This document shows, in pieces, positions 7,054 through 12,561 of a stretch of 13,908 nucleotides of DNA. Under the pieces are notes generated by a model. The model was not told the origin of the DNA. It did not search any database and saw only the letters and a list, made by a program, of their open reading frames with translations. Position 1 is the first letter of the stretch, and each line of letters starts with the position of its first letter. Source of the stretch: a virus (lineage: Duplodnaviria; Heunggongvirae; Uroviricota; Caudoviricetes). The position numbers were made by a program, and so were the translations under genes. The DNA lies in the IMG/VR virus record IMGVR_UViG_3300031999_000011. The stretch is one strand, 5' to 3'.

Positions 7054-7268
7054 GTGATATTACAGCGGATTTGTTAGCCACACCAAGATTATTAGTTACT
7101 CGAAATGATGGGTCAAGTAAACCTACTTATTTTGAGATAATGTTAAAAGAAGTTGCACCAAGTGGTTTGTACATGAGGTATCAAACAGTAGGTGCAAGCA
7201 ACAGCCTATGGACTGAAATCGATACATATAAATTGATTGAAGTGTTATGGGAGAATCAGTTGCAATAA
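7050..7268 (+). CDS. hypothetical protein
   Basis: 72-aa ORF, translationally coupled to the upstream ORF. Confidence 0.75.
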   Translation: MSDITADLLATPRLLVTRNDGSSKPTYFEIMLKEVAPSGLYMRYQTVGASNSLWTEIDTYKLIEVLWENQLQ

Positions 7269-7288
7269 ATAAGCAAAGAAATTATAAT
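7260..7288 (+). promoter_or_regulatory. sigma70-type promoter directly before RNA copy 3
   Basis: TTGCAA-N17-TATAAT; copy 3 starts at 7302. Confidence 0.8.
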
Positions 7289-7301
7289 ATATTATAATTT
7301 A

Positions 7302-7460
7302 TTGATAGTTACGTTGCGTAGAGAACAGATACTTCATACCGAAAGCAGATTGTCAGGGGTTCGATTCCCTTCTACCTTCCCTTACAAGAAGGTAGTAGCT
7401 CAGTTGGTAGAGCATCCGCCATAAAAAAGACTGTTTTCGTTTTTAACTCGTAGCTATCAA
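7302..7460 (+). ncRNA. UUGCGUA/UACUU scaffold element, copy 3, carrying a circularly permuted tRNA body
   Basis: P1 TTGATAGTTACG/CGTAGCTATCAA; P2 GAGAACAG/CTGTTTTC; ATACTT; tRNA 3' half (7345-7379) precedes 5' half (7389-7419); linker GTTTTTAACT. Confidence 0.85.
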
Positions 7461-7485
7461 CAAATTATAAAATAAAAAATAAAAG

Positions 7486-7514
7486 TTGCAAAGTTTTAAA
7501 AAAGCATTTATAAT
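7486..7514 (+). promoter_or_regulatory. sigma70-type promoter upstream of RNA copies 4-6
   Basis: TTGCAA-N17-TATAAT with an A-tract upstream; no ORF follows for about 1 kb. Confidence 0.85.
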
Positions 7515-7634
7515 ATGTTTAAGTTTAAAGAATTCAAGACTACTACTCCTTGAATCGGTTAGTTATATGATGTTGGGTTATATAACTAACCACCTCTTGA
7601 TACACTATTTTACATAGTAGGTAAGGGTTGATAT

Positions 7635-7733
7635 ATTAAATTGTTAACATTTCTGTTGCGTTTGTGTCTGTTACTTCTATTGGCTGAAACAACACAGATA
7701 CAGTTTTTAACTCAGAAGTGTTAACAATTTAAT
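7635..7733 (+). ncRNA. scaffold element, copy 4 (core variant UUGCGUU)
   Basis: 21-bp P1; P2 TGTGTCTG/CAGATACA; TTACTT; cargo CT-GAA-AC; linker GTTTTTAACT. Confidence 0.85.
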
Positions 7734-7757
7734 TTATTATAAATAAAAAGAATAAAT

Positions 7758-7865
7758 TAAGTTATATTGTTGATATCTCTGTTGCGTAGAGTGCCCGTTA
7801 CTTCAATGCTATGAAAAATATACGGTAGCTCGATTTTTCCTCAGAGATATCAATAATATAACTTA
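7758..7865 (+). ncRNA. scaffold element, copy 5
   Basis: 24-bp P1; P2 GAGTGCCCG/CGGTAGCTC; TTACTT; cargo CT-ATG-AA; linker GATTTTTCCT. Confidence 0.85.
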
Positions 7866-7978
7866 TATTAATAATACATATGTTGCGTAGAGATCCGTTA
7901 CTTCAAAACATCTGACTTAAAATCTGACACTAATAGTCGGTTTTCATTTTTTTCTCATATGTATTATTAATATAAGTT
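7860..7978 (+). ncRNA. scaffold element, copy 6
   Basis: 23-bp P1; P2 GAGATCCG/CGGTTTTC; TTACTT; cargo TCTGA-CT-TAA-AA-TCTGA; linker ATTTTTTTCT. Confidence 0.85.
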
Positions 7979-7989
7979 TTGAAAGATTT

Positions 7990-8284
7990 TAGTCATCCCC
8001 TTGGCTGATCCGACCTAGTATATGTTTTATGCATTACGTTTGCTAGGTCACCCTATTTAACGAACATAGATACTCTTTATCGGGTATTATGTAACCGGAG
8101 AAACACTATTAGTTTCTCTCGATCTGCTGTATGATAAATCTCCCTTTAGCATACGGCAGATCAATTTAACACTTACTCCATATCTGTATCCGCTTATGGC
8201 GTTGTGTAACGGAAAGGCTATAACAGCTTTCCAGATCTGCTGTATAGTCATGTTTTATTCATTTTTGGATTATACAGCAGGTCA
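7990..8284 (+). repeat. three tandem double-hairpin units (about 110-nt period)
   Basis: Main stems GACCTAGTA/TGCTAGGTC (8012-8049), GATCTGCTGTATG/CATACGGCAGATC (8121-8162), GATCTGCTGTATA/TATACAGCAGGTC (8234-8283), each preceded by a short hairpin. Confidence 0.7.
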
Positions 8285-8321
8285 CTTTTATGATATAATC
8301 CTTAGTCAAAGTGATATTATT

Positions 8322-8383
8322 AAGCCCTAATTTAAAGTTATATATTATAACTACCACGTTGTGGAGTAATTAGGGTTTTTTTT
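8322..8383 (+). terminator. branched hairpin plus T-tract, probable intrinsic terminator of the ncRNA block
   Basis: AAGCCCTAATT/AATTAGGGTTT enclosing two small hairpins; the 3' strand runs into a T8 tract. Confidence 0.6.
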
Positions 8384-8474
8384 CATAATGGTATAATTAT
8401 GTTGTTGAATAATGTTTAACAACATAATTACGTTTGTAAAAATGCATATATACATAAAGGTATAAAAGTTTATT

Positions 8475-8565
8475 GGAAAAGTCCCATAATGGTAGTGGAG
8501 CAGATTGCTAATCTGTCGGTCGGTGATGAATTGGCTTCTGGGTTCAAGTCCCAGCTTTTCCGCCA
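8475..8565 (+). tRNA. trnS: tRNA-Ser(GCT)
   Basis: GGAAAAG/CTTTTCC+G+CCA; TT-GCT-AA loop; long variable arm. Confidence 0.92.
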
Positions 8566-8589
8566 AAAATAAGTTATAGGAGTATTAAC

Positions 8590-8796
8590 ATGAACGGTCC
8601 TGGTAAATATGATAATATATGTACCGTAGCTAGAGTGGCAGCAGACGCTGATTGTGCTATAGTTATTATAATTAATGGGAATCATGGATCTGGATTTTCA
8701 GTACAATGTACAGAAGGTTTAGTTTTAGATATTCCAAGTATATTAGAACACGTAATTAAAGATATGCGTAGTTCAATTAATATATTAGTGAATTAA
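8590..8796 (+). CDS. hypothetical protein
   Basis: AGGAG RBS; 68 aa. Confidence 0.8.
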   Translation: MNGPGKYDNICTVARVAADADCAIVIIINGNHGSGFSVQCTEGLVLDIPSILEHVIKDMRSSINILVN

Positions 8797-8804
8797 AAGT
8801 TTTT

Positions 8805-8894
8805 GAAGAATAGAGAGATGGCATGGATGGCATCTATGTTCGCCCAAGTCGCGATTAAATATCTACCAGGTCTAGATTCCTGGGTTCTTCACCA
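8805..8894 (+). pseudogene. degenerate tRNA-like gene (Leu-like A73, long variable region)
   Basis: GAAGAAT/GTTCTTC+A+CCA; T stem CCAGG/CCTGG with 8-nt loop; TCGC-CCAAGTC-GCGA anticodon-like arm lacking U33. Confidence 0.55.
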
Positions 8895-8909
8895 GATATA
8901 AATGAATAT

Positions 8910-8999
8910 GGAAGATGAACTGGACAAGCGTACCAGACTTGACTTGAAATCAATGGGAACGGGTGACCGTTTGGGGAGCATGCCCTCCATCTTTCGCCA
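8910..8999 (+). tRNA. trnS: tRNA-Ser(TGA) with atypical T loop
   Basis: GGAAGAT/ATCTTTC+G+CCA; TTGA-CT-TGA-AA-TCAA; variable arm AACGG-GTGA-CCGTT; T loop AGCATGC. Confidence 0.85.
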
Positions 9000-9030
9000 A
9001 ATTTGATAGTAAACATTTTAAGGTTGCAAA

Positions 9031-9498
9031 ATGGCTAATGGTGAACCAAAACAAGTTATTGTGATAAGAAATGACCTCAATATGAGGCGTGGAAAACAAA
9101 TAGCTCAGGGTGCTCACGCATCATTAAAAGCGATTTTAAATCTTGGACAAATGTTTCGTGATTATAGCGATATTAATGGTAACTTGATTGATATTCATTA
9201 TAATATTACTTTATTTAAAGAACGAAAGCAATGGAGTGGTGAACCCGATATAAATCATCAAGCAGTAATTGAATGGTTAGAAGGTCGATTTACTAAAATT
9301 TGTGTTCAAGTTAGTTCAGAAGATGAATTATTAAATATTTATAATAATGCAGTTGATGCAGGTATTAAATGTAGAGCACTCATTGAAGATGCCGGTTTAA
9401 CTGAATTTGGTGGTGTTAAAACATTAACTTGTTGTGCTATTGGACCTGCGTATCCAGAAGATGTAGATAAGATAACAAGCCATTTAAAGCTTTTATGA
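9031..9498 (+). CDS. pth2: peptidyl-tRNA hydrolase type 2 (Pth2)
   Basis: Motifs KQVIVIRNDLNMRRGKQIAQGAHAS, KICVQV, DAGLTEF, TCCAIGP, DKITSHLKLL. Confidence 0.95.
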   Translation: MANGEPKQVIVIRNDLNMRRGKQIAQGAHASLKAILNLGQMFRDYSDINGNLIDIHYNITLFKERKQWSGEPDINHQAVIEWLEGRFTKICVQVSSEDELLNIYNNAVDAGIKCRALIEDAGLTEFGGVKTLTCCAIGPAYPEDVDKITSHLKLL

Positions 9499-9755
9499 CA
9501 AAAACATATAGTGTTGCCCAATTATGGATAGATACAATGGAAAATCATAATGCTTATGGGTATTCCATGATTGGGTTTACATCAGATGAAAATTTGATCA
9601 AACAGTTGAATGAGATTGTTGTTAAAAAGGATATGTTTCCATATCCATTGAATTATGTACAAAATAATCAGGATACTGTACCATGGTTTAAGATAAGAGA
9701 AATAACCTTATTGAATGATATTTCAGATATCGATTTCAGATATCGATTTAACTAG
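9495..9755 (+). CDS. hypothetical protein
   Basis: ATGA-coupled to pth2; 86 aa; 13-bp tandem duplication at its 3' end. Confidence 0.75.
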   Translation: MTKTYSVAQLWIDTMENHNAYGYSMIGFTSDENLIKQLNEIVVKKDMFPYPLNYVQNNQDTVPWFKIREITLLNDISDIDFRYRFN

Positions 9756-9773
9756 CTATTAGATTTTAATGTA

Positions 9774-9902
9774 ATGAATAATGTTAGATTATTATGTCCA
9801 ATATGTTTTAGTTTTATTAAATATCGTATGACTATCGTAAATAGTAAAAAAGTTCTAGTTTATGCTCGTTGTTTGAATATGGAATGTCTTCGAAATAACT
9901 AG
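9774..9902 (+). CDS. small putative Zn-ribbon protein (42 aa)
   Basis: MNNVRLLCPICFS...ARCLNMECLRNN: CxxC plus CxxxxC. Confidence 0.5.
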   Translation: MNNVRLLCPICFSFIKYRMTIVNSKKVLVYARCLNMECLRNN

Positions 9903-9906
9903 AATT

Positions 9907-10012
9907 AAATGAACATGGTCTCATCCTAGGACCTGATGTTGGAAAGACCGGGAATACATAACCGGCTGTAAGCGAACCTGCATATAGGAAGGGGTGTGGA
10001 ATTCCCCCATTT
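9907..10012 (+). ncRNA. about 105-nt structured RNA candidate upstream of tRNA-Ala
   Basis: Closing AAATG/CATTT; AACAT/ATGTT enclosing GGTCT/GGACC; CCGG/CCGG; CCT/AGG; GGGG/CCCC. Confidence 0.45.
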
Positions 10013-10018
10013 ATTTTT

Positions 10019-10096
10019 GGGGCTTTAGCTCAGTTGGTAGAGCGCCTGCCTTGCACGCAGGGTCTGTCCGGGGTTCAATTCCCCGAAGCTCCACCA
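10019..10096 (+). tRNA. trnA: tRNA-Ala(TGC)
   Basis: GGGGCTT/AAGCTCC+A+CCA with G3:U70; CT-TGC-AC loop. Confidence 0.95.
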
Positions 10097-10129
10097 AATT
10101 TGATATAGTGACACTGGTATAATTGATAA

Positions 10130-10885
10130 ATGGATTTTCTAGATAGAATACCTTATACTTATTTAGTTAAATGTATACCAACTAATCAGTGTTATTACGG
10201 TAGTAGAACTGCTAAAGGTTGTGATCCGAGTGAATTATGGATTAGGTATTTTACATCATCAAAGGTGATACAACGATTAATTGTTGAGTATGGTGTAGAA
10301 TCATTTCAATATTCAATTAGGAAAATATTTAAATCTAAATTATTAGCTGTTAAATGGGAAATGACGGTATTGCGTAGATTAAAAACTGCTCAATCTGATA
10401 AATGGATTAACCTTCATAATGGAGGTAATAAATTTATACATATATTACACAGTCAAAAAACCCGAGATAAAATATCTAGAATAGTTAAAAATAGGTCACG
10501 TGATATAGTTAATAAAACAGCTAATACGTTAAAGAGAAAACATGCAAGTGGTGAGTTAGTATCAGTGTTTAAAACTAACAACCCTCAACACACAATAAGT
10601 GGTAAGCAAAAACAGAAAGCAGTATTTAATAAAATTAAACATCAACAAGGTATTAAAAATTCACAGTTTGGTACAATGTGGATTAACAATGGTGTAAATA
10701 ATCAAAAAAGACAAAAATGTGAATGTATTCCAGCTGGATGGAATCAAGGTAGAATATTATCTCGAAATACACATAAGTGGATAAATGATGGTATTAAAAG
10801 TACAAAGTTATTAATATTTAACCCAATACCTGATGGTTGGCAATTAGGTAGGGTAAATAAAACCAAGTCTGGACCGGTCGGCTAA
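10130..10885 (+). CDS. GIY-YIG (Seg-like) free-standing homing endonuclease
   Basis: N-terminal PYTYL..YYGSR variant of the GIY-YIG motif, conserved E and N, basic linker, two C-terminal WIN(N/D)G...IP.GW..GR repeats; sits among tRNAs like T4 segB. Confidence 0.85.
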   Translation: MDFLDRIPYTYLVKCIPTNQCYYGSRTAKGCDPSELWIRYFTSSKVIQRLIVEYGVESFQYSIRKIFKSKLLAVKWEMTVLRRLKTAQSDKWINLHNGGNKFIHILHSQKTRDKISRIVKNRSRDIVNKTANTLKRKHASGELVSVFKTNNPQHTISGKQKQKAVFNKIKHQQGIKNSQFGTMWINNGVNNQKRQKCECIPAGWNQGRILSRNTHKWINDGIKSTKLLIFNPIPDGWQLGRVNKTKSGPVG

Positions 10886-10946
10886 GAGGTAAGCCACCAA
10901 ACTCATAATTTGGCTGATGGGGGATCATGGCCCTCCCGGTCCACCA
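10871..10946 (+). tRNA. tRNA-CAT (elongator Met or Ile2)
   Basis: GGACCGG/CCGGTCC+A+CCA; CCAAA-CT-CAT-AA-TTTGG; no initiator GGG/CCC pairs; atypical T loop ATCATGG. Confidence 0.85.
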
Positions 10947-11028
10947 ATAAACTTGCAAGTAGCTGCTATGAGCTTCACGTGTGCTCTGCCCATAGAAAAG
11001 CAACACCGTGACCAATTTTAAATATTAT

Positions 11029-11126
11029 GGCTACCAGGTTCAGGCCTGATCCTATCCGGGTACCCCTAAGTACACGGGCGACAAGGACGGATTGGTGCTA
11101 GGGTTCGAATCCCTAGCTAGTCGCCG
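11029..11126 (+). pseudogene. long aberrant tRNA-like gene with CTA in a 6-nt loop
   Basis: GGCTACC/GCTAGTC+G+CCG; canonical T arm TAGGG-TTCGAAT-CCCTA; GTAC-CCCTAA-GTAC. Confidence 0.55.
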
Positions 11127-11151
11127 ATTTTATAACTGCAATGAGTGTATA

Positions 11152-11508
11152 ATGCAATTAACGAATAAAGAAATTGTTAAGCGATTAGCAGATTTAAAGC
11201 GAGTTAAAGCAGACTTTGATGTATTTGTGATACAAGTACAAATTGATTGTCTTCATGATCATATTGCAGAATGGGATACAGCAGCTTCAGCTCCATTACG
11301 TGTTTGTTTACATTGTGGACTAACAGAAGAAGGTTGGGGATGTGGGTTTATTGTTTTAAAGAATAAAACAGAATTAGGTGTACCTACAATTGATCAAAAA
11401 AGATATTACGAATTAAGACAAGGTGCTTATATCCGCGATGATGATAAAGGGCCATTGTTAAGAAAAGAAATAACCTTGGAAGCTTTAATAAGCAAAAAAG
11501 GTCAGTAA
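11152..11508 (+). CDS. hypothetical protein with a Cys/His cluster
   Basis: Start 11152 (the upstream GTG lies in the tRNA-like gene); CLHDH..CLHCG..C, possibly metal-binding. Confidence 0.75.
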   Translation: MQLTNKEIVKRLADLKRVKADFDVFVIQVQIDCLHDHIAEWDTAASAPLRVCLHCGLTEEGWGCGFIVLKNKTELGVPTIDQKRYYELRQGAYIRDDDKGPLLRKEITLEALISKKGQ

Positions 11509-11517
11509 AAGTTTATT

Positions 11518-11642
11518 ACCGGAGTGATGGGGAATCGGTATACCCTGGCGACGAATTCATAGTGAGGGAGCAGTCATTGGACTTTCAAAGTAACCTCTTT
11601 CGTAAATTGCTGCTTGTGTGGGTTCGAGGCCCGTCTTTGGTA
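11518..11642 (+). tRNA. tRNA-like gene with about 48 extra nt in the anticodon loop (identity unresolved)
   Basis: ACCGGAG/CTTTGGT+A, D arm GGG-GAATCGGTATA-CCC, anticodon stem GGCGA/TTGCT enclosing 55 nt, T arm GTGGG-TTCGAGG-CCCGT; no encoded CCA. Confidence 0.6.
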
Positions 11643-11662
11643 CTCTAAATTAAAGAATACAT

Positions 11663-12058
11663 ATGAGATTAATAGAATTAGTTTTAAATCCTGATCCTCC
11701 ATTAGAGGAGATGGCAAATTTATTTAAAACAGAAACTGGTTTAGATTATCCATTATGGGTTGGTAAGGTTGGGGGACAGCACGGACCTCGAGTTAAGGTA
11801 TCGAATATTCGTGGAAAAATGTCTATGAATAATAATTTTGTCGTGAGTGTTGATCCTAATCCAGAAGTTATTACACCACAAACATGTAACATCGACCAAA
11901 ATGATGTTGACAAAGTAAAAAAATGGATAAGTATTAACTACGATGATTTAATGACTTTATGGTGGATGTTTGAACATGGTGCTATTGAGGTAAAGGATGT
12001 TGATACTGGAAAAATAATAAAGTATGATGATATACTTTATGGTTTTAAAAAAGTTTAA
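11663..12058 (+). CDS. hypothetical phage protein (weak DUF4160-like)
   Basis: MRLIEL..PLEE leader, then MANL..TGL..W...QHGPRVKVS; family call tentative. Confidence 0.7.
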   Translation: MRLIELVLNPDPPLEEMANLFKTETGLDYPLWVGKVGGQHGPRVKVSNIRGKMSMNNNFVVSVDPNPEVITPQTCNIDQNDVDKVKKWISINYDDLMTLWWMFEHGAIEVKDVDTGKIIKYDDILYGFKKV

Positions 12059-12066
12059 AGAATAAT

Positions 12067-12185
12067 GGGGATGTGGTGAAATTTGGTATATGCAGCGGAC
12101 TTTTTCAAGGGCTTGTAGTAATACGAGTCTTTCTAAAAATCCGCCGGCTTCGGTCATGCCGGTTCGAGTCCGGCCTTCCCTACCA
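12067..12185 (+). tRNA. tRNA-Leu(TAA)-like gene with a 33-nt insert at anticodon position 34/35
   Basis: GGGGATG/CTTCCCT+A+CCA, Leu-type D loop, GCGGA/TCCGC stem, UUCG variable arm, canonical T arm; removing 12103-12135 gives CT-TAA-AA. Confidence 0.8.
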
Positions 12186-12199
12186 ATTTAAGGATGTAA

Positions 12200-12466
12200 A
12201 TGAAACTAGAAGAATTAAAAGATTGTTTGTTATCTATTCCTGATGCTGATTTGGATAATTTCGCTAAAGATTTTATTCGAAAGTGGAATATAACTCCAAC
12301 AGCAATTCAACTTTTAGAAGTGTTGGATAATATAGTTCGATATAGTTTATCATGCGATTTGGTGGTACAGTTTTTAGATATGCAATTAAAAACTGTAATG
12401 CTAAACGAAAACATTACTATGGAAGAACTTGAAGTACATGCTATTTGGAGAAACCAAATGAACTAA
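12200..12466 (+). CDS. hypothetical protein
   Basis: AAGGA RBS; 88 aa between tRNA genes. Confidence 0.8.
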   Translation: MKLEELKDCLLSIPDADLDNFAKDFIRKWNITPTAIQLLEVLDNIVRYSLSCDLVVQFLDMQLKTVMLNENITMEELEVHAIWRNQMN

Positions 12467-12467
12467 T

Positions 12468-12554
12468 GCACTTGTGATGGAACGGTTTACATAGCGGGCT
12501 CAAAACCCGTCCCCCTTGTTAGGGTTGTCAGTTCGAATCTGACCAGGTGTACCA
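12468..12554 (+). tRNA. trnL: tRNA-Leu(CAA)
   Basis: GCACTTG/CAGGTGT+A+CCA; GCGGG-CT-CAA-AA-CCCGT; long variable arm. Confidence 0.93.
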
Positions 12555-12561
12555 AAGTATT

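Noticed and set aside
6253-8284. CRISPR array interpretation of the repeats
   Set aside because: Conserved parts are short and split, flanking stems differ per copy, spacing is irregular, and no cas gene is present.
9720-9749. 13-bp tandem repeat ATTTCAGATATCG x2
   Set aside because: Simple slippage duplication altering only the last residues of a hypothetical ORF.
9933-9946. Hammerhead-like CTGATG...GAAA
   Set aside because: Only 2-3 nt separate the two words, so stem II cannot form.
10370-10378. Extra TTGCGTAGA match inside the homing endonuclease gene
   Set aside because: No P1/P2 stems, no TACTT and no 10-nt linker; treated as chance.
10951-11012. Weak hairpins (CTATG/CATAG, GAGC/GCTC) after tRNA-CAT
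   Set aside because: Short stems, no repeat and no family resemblance.
404-11151. Longer upstream starts given by the ORF track (404, 808, 2040, 2420, 2926, 6428, 11092)
   Set aside because: They overlap promoters, upstream genes or RNA elements; downstream ATGs with RBS or signal peptides fit better.
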